64,000 nt of DNA from contig CAWCRS010000008.1 in the NCBI GenBank assembly GCA_963798085.1, positions 224,001-288,000 on the forward strand, in the 5' to 3' direction. A model generated the notes under the pieces. The model had not been told where the DNA came from and did no database searches. It saw only the letters and a list, made by a program, of their open reading frames with translations. The position numbers and the translations under genes are program-made. Within the stretch, counting starts at the first letter, position 1; each line of letters begins with the position of its first letter. This DNA is from an uncultured Gemmatimonadales bacterium. GTDB lineage: Bacteria > Gemmatimonadota > Gemmatimonadetes > Longimicrobiales > RSA9. Shown here in pieces: positions 1-8,754 of this stretch.

Positions 1-189
1 TTGTCGGTAGCGAGAGCATTCGCTCGGGCGAGGGCATTGCGACGACAGTGCCCGATGGCAGCGAGATCGTTATTCTGCCGGCCGTCAGTGGCGGAGCAGG
101 CCACCACACAGCCTGACGTTCGTCGCGCGCGACTCGCACGCACGAACGCATCGCGGACGGGCCCGACATTGCCGGGCCCGTCGTGCGTT

Positions 190-2638
190 TCAGTCCTCGC
201 GCAGCGCGGTGGTCGGATCCACGCGCGTGGCGCGCCGCGCCGGCACCCACGACGCGATGAGCACCGTGGCCGCGAGCAGGGTTGCGACCAGTGCGTACGT
301 GGGCACATCAACGGGTGAGACCTCGAAGAGCAGTTCGCCCAGCAGATGCGTCAGCATTGCCGCGCCAGCCAGGCCAATGCCGATGCCCAGCAGTGCGATC
401 AGACTGGCGCTGCCCAGCACGATGCGCAGAACCTGGCGCGGTCGCGCGCCCAATGCCATGCGCAGCCCGAACTCGCGCGTGCGCCTTCCCACTGCGAACG
501 AGGCCGAGCCGTAGATACCGGCCGCCGCGAGCAGCAGTCCCGCGATCGCGAACACGGCGATCACGAGGCTGTTGAACTCGGGCTGTCCCATGGCGATGCG
601 CATCACGGCATCGCCTGTCGAAACACCGTACACGGCCGCGACGGGTGACACCGCGCGGACAGCCGCGCGGAAGTCAGTGGTCAGACGAGCCGGATCGCCA
701 CGCGTGCGCACTGTATACGCCAGCGCGGACAGCCGCGCGACATCCGACTGCGCGAGCGGATAGTACAGCTGCGGTTTCAGTGCCGCGCCCAGCGTGCCGC
801 TGCGTACATTGTCGACGACACCCACGATCTCGATCCATGGACGGTCCAGGCCGTAGGCGCCGCGCTTGATGCGCCGGCCCAGCGCGCTGCCGCCGGGCCA
901 GTAGTGCTGCTCGAACGAGCGGCTCACGATCGCGACCGGCGCAGCGTCCCTGCGGTCCGCATCCGTGAAGTCGCGGCCGGCGAGCAGGCGCACACCCATG
1001 GCGAGGAACCAACCCGGTGTTATGAAACGGCCGGGATTGATCGTCCGCTCACTGGGGCTGGTCGGCGGCTGGTCCTGCACCGAGTAGTTGAAGCCCACAT
1101 CGCCGTCCTCGAAGGGCACCGAACTCACGGCAGCGGCCGCAACCACGCCGGGAATCGTACGCACCTGATCCAGCACCGTACGGGTGAAGGCCGTGCGTCC
1201 CGCCGGTGTGCCCGCGTACAATGCCGGCGCGGAGACACGCGCAATGAAGAGTGCCGTCGCATCGAATCCGGGAGGCACGGCGCGCAGCCGCGCGAAACTG
1301 CGCATCATCAGGGTGGCGCCGATCAGCAGCATCAGACTGAGCGCCACCTGGCCGACGACGAAGCCGTTCTGCAGCCGCCGTTCGCGCCGGCCCATCGAGG
1401 ATCCGCGCGCGTGGCGCAGCGTCTCGATCGAGCCGGCCCCGCGCACCACGGGCACTTTCGCCAGCAGCAGGGCAACAGCGCCGCCGAGCAGCAGCGACCA
1501 GCCCAGGACGGAGGGCGAGAAGCCGACGCGGTCGAATGCGGGATTGTTCGGTGGCGCCACTGCTAACAGCGCCTTGACACCCCACGCGCCCAGCACGCCG
1601 CCCAGCAGCGCGCCGCTCAGGGCCAGTGTCAGGTTCTCCACCAGCACCTGCTGCGTCAGCTGGTGGCGGGGTGCACCGAGCGCCGTGCGCACGGCGTGCT
1701 GCCAGGTCTCGCTCTCCGCGCGCGCCAGCATGAGGTTGGCCACGTTCGCAGTGGCCAGCAGCAGCAGGAACAGTGCGCCGCCGAACAGCGCCCACAGGGG
1801 CCGGCGGAAGCTGCCCACCAGGTATTCGTTGAGCGGTACCGCCTCGTATCCGAAATCGCCGAAGAAGACAGGGTCGACCGCGCGCATGCGGACGGCCAGC
1901 GCATCGAGGTCGTGCGCCAGCGCCGCGCGATTGCTCGTCGGCGGCAGGCGGCCGATCACCGCGAGCACGCCGGTACCGCGCTGCTCGTTCGCGGTGAAGT
2001 CCTCGGGCACGAACGCCGCCCAGATATCGGCGCGGCTGGGAAAGCGAATGACACCCGGCAGCACGCCCACGATCTGATAGGCCTGGCCCGTCAACTCGAG
2101 CGTCTGCCCGAGCACATCGGGACTGCGCCCGAAATGGCTCGACCAGTACGCCTCGCCGATCAGCGCCGTGCGCCGGCCGCGCTCCACATCACGCGGGTCG
2201 AGCAACCGACCCATCAGCGGGCGCACACCCAGCACGGCGAAACTGCCCGCCACCACCTCCGCGCCCGGTACGCGCTCCGCTGTGCCGTCGCGTACCACAT
2301 CGAGATCGCGCTCATAGAACGCGGCGACACCGGACAGCACGCGGCCCTCCTCGATGAGACTGCGCGTGGGCAGCCACGAGACCCAGTAGTTCTCCTTCGG
2401 ATTCGTGCGCGTCCTGCTGAACGCCGCGATCTGGTACAGCTCGCCCGGCCGCTCGAAGGGCTGCGGTCGCAGCAGGACGGGCTCCAGCACCGCGAACACG
2501 CCCGTTGCCGCACCCGTGCCCGTCGCCAGACAGAGCACGAATGATCGCTGTGAACAGGGGACGGCGGCGTGCCCGCCGGCCCACCAGAACCAGATCGCGA
2601 CGCAGTGCATCAATGAAGCGAACAATCCCGCCGCTCAT
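190..2638 (-). CDS. Orphan ABC transporter permease (duplicated MacB-periplasmic/FtsX, ADOP-like); apparent +1 frameshift near 2540
   Basis: Motifs ANVANLMLAR, VVGQVALSLMLLIGA, RTREFGLRMALGA and PARRATRVDP. The family-typical N-terminus (MSGGIVRFIDALRRDL..RRRPLFTAII) is in another frame and joins VLCLATG if one base at 2540-2541 is removed. GGAG precedes the ATG at 2638. Confidence 0.88.
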
Positions 2639-2697
2639 CCCCGTCTCCATTTGCGTGACGCGCGCGCCGAACGAGTCCGGCGGCGCTGGTTCGCACA

Positions 2698-4281
2698 TCA
2701 GGCCGCCGGCGACACCCGCGTCTCCCGCAGCAGCTCCGCGGCCATGCGCTCCGCCGCATCCACGAAGCTCACGAAATCAGCGCGCGTGCTGCAATGATTG
2801 CAGATGCACACGCGCAGCGTGAAGCGGCCATCCAGCTGCGTGCCCGAGGGCACGGCGACGCCGCTCTCCTGGATGCGCATCAGCAGCTCGCGGTTCAGTG
2901 CATCACTGCGCTCTCCGTCGTCGCGCACTTCGAGCCGAAACGCGACCACGTTCAGCGCGACCGGCGCCACGCGCACGAACAGCGGCGACGAGTCGATCAG
3001 GTGCGCCAGGAACCTCGCCTGCCGCACATTCTGCGCGACGAGTCGCCCGAACTTCTCGATGCCGTGCTCCTTGATCGTGAGCCACACCTTGAGCGCCTTG
3101 AAGCCGCGCGAAAGCTGCAGCCCTCTGCCCCCCGCGCTGTCTCGCAAGGAGCCCGTGCCGCGCGCCAGCGGCTCGAGGTAATCGCCCCCGGCCGCGAACG
3201 TGCGCCGCTGCGCATCCGCATCGCGGATCAGCACACAGCCCGCCTCGTAGTTCACATACATCCATTTGTGGAAGTCGAAGGCGAGGGAATCGGCGCGCGC
3301 GAGGCCGGACACCAGCCGTCGCGTTTCCGGCGAGAGCGCCGCCATGGCGCCGAACGCGCCGTCCACGTGGAACCAGAGTCCCGTGCGCTCCGCCAGGTCA
3401 GCGAGCGCGTTCAGATCATCGATCGCGCCCGTGTTGATCGTGCCCGCCGTGCCCACGATCGCGAACGGACGCAGACCCGCGCGACGATCCTGCTCGATCA
3501 CGGACGCCATCTCCGGGACACACACGCGCCATTCGCTGTCCACGCCGACCAGCCGCACCGCGTCCCGGCCCAGACCCAGCAGCTTCGCCGCCTTGAATAC
3601 CGACGAGTGCACCTCCGTCGACGCGTAGAGCACCAGCCGCTGCGGCGCCGCGCCGACGCCCTGCGCGCGCACATCGAAACCGGCCGCTTCGTCGCGCGCC
3701 ACCGCGAGTCCCACCAGATTCGCGACCGAGCCGCCGCTCACCATCACCCCGCCCGACTCCGCCGGGAAACCGAGCGCCTGCTTCATCCATTGCAGCAGCT
3801 GCGCCTCGACCCGCGCCGCGCCATCATTGAAATTGCCCGGCACCGAGTTCATGCCCGCCGCTAACATCTCTGCTATCATGCCCGCGGGTGAGCCGGTACC
3901 GCCCGCCCAGCCCCAGAAACGCGGATGGTGCAGGCCGGTCGGGTACGGCAGCACCGTCTCCACGAAGTCGCGGAACGCAGCCGCGTGACCACTGCCCGCG
4001 GCCGGCAGTGCCGACCGGAAACGCGCTTCCACCGCCGCCGGCAACGGCCGCCACGCCGGACCCATGCGCGCATCCCGCTGGAAATCGAGCATGCGATCCA
4101 GCAACTCGTGCGCATCCGCGCGGAACGCCTCCCAATCCTGCGGATCGAGCGTCTCCTCGGCGGCGTGCGGCTCAGCCGTGCCTGCGACCTCACCGACATC
4201 GGCTTCATCGCATTCCTCGCGTCCCGCGGTCGCGAATCCGACGACCTCGGTGCGAGCCTCGAGTCCGTTGTCCGGGTCCAT
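2698..4281 (-). CDS. PLP-dependent group II decarboxylase (aromatic-L-amino-acid decarboxylase family)
   Basis: HPRFWG, SGGSVANL, HSSVFKA, GTAGTINTGAIDDL, WFHVDGAFG and the PLP-lysine motif DFHKW. Confidence 0.92.
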   Translation of the reverse strand: MDPDNGLEARTEVVGFATAGREECDEADVGEVAGTAEPHAAEETLDPQDWEAFRADAHELLDRMLDFQRDARMGPAWRPLPAAVEARFRSALPAAGSGHAAAFRDFVETVLPYPTGLHHPRFWGWAGGTGSPAGMIAEMLAAGMNSVPGNFNDGAARVEAQLLQWMKQALGFPAESGGVMVSGGSVANLVGLAVARDEAAGFDVRAQGVGAAPQRLVLYASTEVHSSVFKAAKLLGLGRDAVRLVGVDSEWRVCVPEMASVIEQDRRAGLRPFAIVGTAGTINTGAIDDLNALADLAERTGLWFHVDGAFGAMAALSPETRRLVSGLARADSLAFDFHKWMYVNYEAGCVLIRDADAQRRTFAAGGDYLEPLARGTGSLRDSAGGRGLQLSRGFKALKVWLTIKEHGIEKFGRLVAQNVRQARFLAHLIDSSPLFVRVAPVALNVVAFRLEVRDDGERSDALNRELLMRIQESGVAVPSGTQLDGRFTLRVCICNHCSTRADFVSFVDAAERMAAELLRETRVSPAA

Positions 4282-4292
4282 TAGCCGCCTCT

Positions 4293-4399
4293 ATTGTATC
4301 GGTACAATCTGCCAGTACAAATCGCGTATTGTACTGGAGTGAATCACGATAGATGTTGACAATGTTCCCCGTCAATGTCCATGATTGTACCATGACAAT
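4293..4399. promoter_or_regulatory. Divergent promoter region with repeated palindromic operator-like sites (probably for the MocR regulator)
   Basis: AT-rich island. ATTGTA-TCGG-TACAAT at 4293-4308, CCAGTACAA-N8-TTGTACTGG at 4312-4337, and ATTGT-ACCATG-ACAAT at 4384-4399 overlapping the regulator start codon. TTGACA lies at 4356-4361. Confidence 0.7.
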
Positions 4400-5795
4400 A
4401 TGGAAGGCGACTCTCCAGAACAGCGACACACCTCGCTACCTCGCCATTGCGGACGCCATTGCGCGCGATGTCGCGCGCGGCGCGCTGGTGCCGGGTACGC
4501 GACTGCCCACGCATCGGCAGCTGGCGCAGCAGCTGGGCGTGACCGTGGGCACCGTAACACGCGGTTATGAGGAGGCGGAGCGGCGCGGGCTGACCGTGGG
4601 CGAGGTGGGGCGAGGCACGTTCGTGCGGGGCCGGGAGGAGCCGGAGCGTCACGGCTGGAAGAGTGCGCCTCGCCACAGCAGCGGCGTCATCGACCTGAGC
4701 CTGGCGACGCCCTGGGTGCCGCCGGACGGCGAGGATGGGCGAGTGCTGGGGGCGACGCTGCAGCGTCTGGCGGCGGACACGGATCTGAGCGACCTGCTGG
4801 TCTACGATGTCGACACCGCGTCCGCCCGCCAGTGCGCCGCGGCCGCCGCGTGGATCGGTCGCCTGGGGCACACGGTGGCGCCCGGGCAGATCATTGCCAC
4901 GGCGGGTGCCCAACACGCGATTACAGCGATCCTTTCGGCGTTGCTGCGGCCGGGCGACACGCTGCTGGTCGAGGAGCTGACCTATCCGGCGCTCAAGGCG
5001 GTGGCGCAGCTGCTGGGTCTGCGCCTGCGCGCCGTGGCGCTGGATGAGGAGGGCGTGCAGCCGGAGGATCTGGAGCGCGCGTGTGTGGAGACCGGCGCGC
5101 AGCTGCTGTATTGTCTGGCGACGATCCAGAATCCGACCTGCCGCAGCATGTCACTGGCGCGCCGTGAAGCCATCGCCGCGGTGGCGCGCAAACACGGCCT
5201 TACAGTGATCGAGGATGCCGTGCACGTGCCGCTCGCGGAGGATACGACACCGCCCATTGCACAGCTGGCGCCGGAGCGCACGGTGTACGTCGCGACCCTG
5301 TCGAAGTGGGCAACCTTCGGTTTGCGCGTCGGCTTCGTCGCGGCGCCCGAGCCGCTGGTGGAGCGGGTGCGTGCGGCTGTGCGCACCACGCTGTGGATGG
5401 CGGCGCCGCTCATGGTCGAGATCGCGGCCCGCTGGCTGGTGGACGGCACGGGCGAGCGCCTGGCGGCGCGCAAGCGGGAGGAGCTGCGTGAGCGGCACGT
5501 GCTGGTGCAGGAAATCCTGGGCGCACACTATCGCGTGGAAACGCAGCCGCGTTCGCTGCATTTCTGGCTCTACCTGCCCGAACCGTGGCGCAGCGACGAG
5601 CTGGTCATGCAGGCGAGACAGCGCGGCATTCTCGTCGCGGGTGCCGAGGCTTTTGCCGTGGGCCGCGGCGAAGTGCCGCATGCCGTGCGCGTCGCCATCG
5701 CCGCGCCCGCCGAACGCGAGGACCTGCGCCGCGCACTCACCACGCTGCACGACATCCTGTCCGGCGGCGCCCAGTCCTGCGTGAACATCCTCTGA
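4392..5795 (+). CDS. MocR/GabR-family transcriptional regulator (GntR wHTH + PLP aminotransferase-like domain)
   Basis: N-terminal PGTRLPTHRQLAQQLGVTVGTVTRGY..GRGTFV, then AGAQHAI, IQNPT, IEDAVH and TLSK..GLRVG. Divergent from the decarboxylase. Confidence 0.93.
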   Translation: MTIWKATLQNSDTPRYLAIADAIARDVARGALVPGTRLPTHRQLAQQLGVTVGTVTRGYEEAERRGLTVGEVGRGTFVRGREEPERHGWKSAPRHSSGVIDLSLATPWVPPDGEDGRVLGATLQRLAADTDLSDLLVYDVDTASARQCAAAAAWIGRLGHTVAPGQIIATAGAQHAITAILSALLRPGDTLLVEELTYPALKAVAQLLGLRLRAVALDEEGVQPEDLERACVETGAQLLYCLATIQNPTCRSMSLARREAIAAVARKHGLTVIEDAVHVPLAEDTTPPIAQLAPERTVYVATLSKWATFGLRVGFVAAPEPLVERVRAAVRTTLWMAAPLMVEIAARWLVDGTGERLAARKREELRERHVLVQEILGAHYRVETQPRSLHFWLYLPEPWRSDELVMQARQRGILVAGAEAFAVGRGEVPHAVRVAIAAPAEREDLRRALTTLHDILSGGAQSCVNIL

Positions 5796-5802
5796 TGGGA
5801 AG

Positions 5803-5839
5803 CGGCCCGGTTCCGCGCTCAGGAAGCGGAACCGGGCCG
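5803..5839. terminator. GC-rich hairpin between convergent genes (possible bidirectional terminator)
   Basis: Perfect 14-bp stem CGGCCCGGTTCCGC / GCGGAACCGGGCCG with a 9-nt loop, just after the MocR stop. No U-tract. Confidence 0.55.
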
Positions 5840-5858
5840 GGACCACGTCGACGGACGA

Positions 5859-6435
5859 CTAGCGGACCTGGATATTCCCCATTATCACCGGCCATGTGCG
5901 CGCGTTATCAGCCGGCCAGATCCGAGCCGCGCAATACTCCGCCGACGTGGCTATGCCGCCACCGCCTTCGAAGCCCATGAATGATGTGCGGTCGGGCTCA
6001 CCCGAGAAGTCACCCGCGTTGAGCACGCGGAACCAGAATGTCGCGACCGATCTGGTGGATGGGCGTCTGCAACGCGGGATCCGTGGTCGCGTTGCGCGTG
6101 ACCACACCGCCGATCCAGGCCCGACCCGTAGCCGGCTCGGTGGCCAGGCAGGTGACGCGGCCTGCGAGATCGTAAACCAGATCGCCATCCGTGAAGTAAA
6201 TGCTGAATGTCCCGGTCGGCGCCGCCGACCCGTGCTGCGTGAGACTGAAGTTGAAGCGCACGTTGTCCACCCCGGCAAACAGGTAGACGCCCTTGCCCTT
6301 TGCGGACATGTCGGGCGGCGGCGCCACATCCATCGAGGGCGACGCTGGTGCTGTCGGGGTTGCCGGCGCGGTGACCGGTCTGTCGCACGATAGAGCGAGC
6401 GCGGAAAGCGCCACACTCAATGCAAGCCTGCGCAT
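5859..6435 (-). CDS. Hypothetical lipoprotein; apparent +1 frameshift near 6037
   Basis: Signal peptide with lipobox (MRRLALSVALSALALSC) and a Pro/Thr linker. Removing one base at 6037-6038 joins ..QIGRDI to WFRVLNAGD..GNIQVR* in the second frame. Confidence 0.65.
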
Positions 6436-6718
6436 GACTGCCTCCAGTATGGAACGGGGATGTCCCCTGCGGCGGGGCGACCATTCGGCAGTATGCAGTC
6501 AGGGCGAGCGGCTGTCTTGAACGTTCCAACGGCCATGGAAGGAAAGGGACATCACGGGAGCCTTCGCCCGTGCGCTCAGTTCAGCAGACGCACGGTCAGG
6601 CCTGCCGCCCGAGTCGCGGGCCACCGGGTGGGGGCAAGGACGGACCCCTCCCGTCGCAAAGCAAACGCGGCGCGCGTTGGATGAAGGGGCGTTGTCGACC
6701 TTTCTTTCCGCGGTGCAA

Positions 6719-7537
6719 ATGGCTCTTGATCTGGTGCCGGTCACCATGGGCAGTCCGCGCTTCGTGGCGCGAGAGCTGAACGGGATCGCGGTCCGGGCGC
6801 TCTGGTTCCCGCCCACGCTGCATCTGGTGCCGCACACCCATGAGGAGCCGGTGTTCGGCGTGATGCTGCACGGCTCGATGCGCGGCCACCTCGGCAGGCG
6901 CCGGTATGACTGTCCGGTCGATACAGTGTTCACCGAGCCGGCGGGCGAACCGCACGACAACTACTTCGAGCGCCAGGGCGGTCGCGTGATGGCGCTGCTG
7001 CCGGATACCACACGCAGCGATCTGTTCGGGCCCTTCTCCGAGCTTCTGGGCCGCCCCTCCCACTTCCGCAACGCACAGGTAGTGGCCAGCGCCCGGCGCA
7101 TGCAGCAGGAGATGGCGACACCCGACGCGCTGTCGGTCCTGGCCGTCGAAACGCTGGCCTTCGAGATGCTGATCGCCGCGACACGCATGCAGCGCGAACC
7201 CGAGCGCCCGGCAGCGCCCGCCTGGTTGGAACGGCTGCGCGACATGCTGCACGACCGCGCCCTCGAGCGACTCCTGCTTTCCGACCTCGCCCGGGAATGC
7301 GACGTGCACCCGCGTCACCTCACGCGCCTCTTCCGGCAATGCTACGGTACCAGCATCGCCGCCTACGTCCGCACCCTGCGTCTGCACTGGGCGGCCACGC
7401 AGCTGCGCGGCGGCCGTGCTTCACTCTCCGACATCGCTTTCCGCGCCGGCTTCGCCGACCAGAGCCATTTCACGCGCGTCTTCCGCAGGCACATGGGCTG
7501 CACACCCGGAGAGATGCGCCGCTCCTCGAAAGGCTGA
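6719..7537 (+). CDS. AraC-family transcriptional regulator (cupin + double HTH)
   Basis: PHTHEEP cupin motif, VHPRHLTRLFRQ, and LSDIAFRAGFADQSHFTRVFRRHMGCTPG. The start could instead be the TTG at 6677. Confidence 0.92.
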   Translation: MALDLVPVTMGSPRFVARELNGIAVRALWFPPTLHLVPHTHEEPVFGVMLHGSMRGHLGRRRYDCPVDTVFTEPAGEPHDNYFERQGGRVMALLPDTTRSDLFGPFSELLGRPSHFRNAQVVASARRMQQEMATPDALSVLAVETLAFEMLIAATRMQREPERPAAPAWLERLRDMLHDRALERLLLSDLARECDVHPRHLTRLFRQCYGTSIAAYVRTLRLHWAATQLRGGRASLSDIAFRAGFADQSHFTRVFRRHMGCTPGEMRRSSKG

Positions 7538-7541
7538 TACG

Positions 7542-7581
7542 TCCGCCAACCGGCGTCACGCTCCGCCAACCGGCGTCACGC
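7542..7581. repeat. Perfect 20-bp tandem duplication
   Basis: TCCGCCAACCGGCGTCACGC occurs twice (7542-7561, 7562-7581) right after the AraC stop. Confidence 0.85.
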
Positions 7582-7696
7582 GATGTGAACACACACGTGC
7601 GCGTGGGAAAGCGGGCCGCTGGGACGAGGCCAGCGTTGCCACGATCACTGGTCCTGCGGTTGGACGTGGAGACCGTGCGCGCGGATCCGTTGTCGC

Positions 7697-8191
7697 TTAC
7701 GCCGCCAGACCGGCGAGCTGCTCGTTGACCGTGCGCAAGCGCTGGCGTATTTCATCGGCGAGCGAGTCCACCCGCTCGTTTACATGCAGCACCGCATCCT
7801 CGAGACGGTCGAATCGCTGTTCCAGGTTGCCCAGACGCAGCTCGACGTGCGCGAGTCGCGCCGACATCAAGGCCACTTCCTGACGCAGCTCCGCCATCTC
7901 CGCCAGGATGCGTGCTTCGAAATGATCCATGCGCAGCGTCCGCGAGGCGAAGCGCTCTTCCAGGCTGATGAACTTCTCCTCGAAGCGCACCGCCATCCCA
8001 TCGACCCGCCGTTCCAGTCGCGCAATGCGCTGCTCCAGGGACTCCATGCGCTGCTCGAGCGATTCCATGCGCTGCTCGAGCCGCCGGAAGCGCTCCTCGT
8101 TGTGCACGTCAATGCGCTCGATCAGCGCGACCAGCCCATCGAAACGCTGATCGATCCGTTCGAAGGCGGTCCTCATTTCCGCGTCGCTCAT
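7697..8191 (-). CDS. Hypothetical coiled-coil protein with heptad repeats
   Basis: LEQRMES-LEQRMES-LEQRIAR-LERRVDG heptads; helical throughout. Confidence 0.75.
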   Translation of the reverse strand: MSDAEMRTAFERIDQRFDGLVALIERIDVHNEERFRRLEQRMESLEQRMESLEQRIARLERRVDGMAVRFEEKFISLEERFASRTLRMDHFEARILAEMAELRQEVALMSARLAHVELRLGNLEQRFDRLEDAVLHVNERVDSLADEIRQRLRTVNEQLAGLAA

Positions 8192-8409
8192 GTCCGCCAA
8201 GGTAGGCGCAGGGCCGGGTCATTGCCATGACGGCGTGGGCCAGCGCGGAACCCGCCGCCGGCCGCCGCGCCCGGGCCGTCGCCCAGCCAGTCGCCACCGC
8301 AAGCGACCGCCACGGGGCAACCTTCTTGTCTGTTCCGATCATCGGACTAATATTCCGACCGCCGGAAGTGAGCACGCGGCCGCGCGCGGAACGATGCGGA
8401 GGGCACAAA

Positions 8410-8754
8410 ATGGAGCCGATCACCCCACTGAGCATGGCGATCCTGCTGGCGCTCGTGAAGCAGGACCAGCACGGCTACGCACTGATGACGGAAGTCGCCG
8501 GACAGCTGGGCAAGCGCCCCGGCACCGGTAGCCTGTATGCGGCGCTCGAGCGGCTGGTGGAAGAGGGCCTGATTCAGGAGACGCCGGACGGACCCGGTCC
8601 ACGCGAGGATCAGCGGCGCAAGTACTTCCGCATCACGAAGCCAGGCCGCGAGTGCGCTCGCGCGGAGGCAGCGCGCATGCTGCGCGTACTGGATCTGGCG
8701 CGCGAGAAATCGCTGATCGGCAGCCTGTCGGATCTGCGCAAGGCGGAGCGCTGA
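8410..8754 (+). CDS. PadR-family transcriptional regulator
   Basis: ILLAL..QHGYALM, GSLYAALERLVEEGLI and RRKYFRITKPG. Coupled (TGATG) to the permease. Confidence 0.92.
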   Translation: MEPITPLSMAILLALVKQDQHGYALMTEVAGQLGKRPGTGSLYAALERLVEEGLIQETPDGPGPREDQRRKYFRITKPGRECARAEAARMLRVLDLAREKSLIGSLSDLRKAER

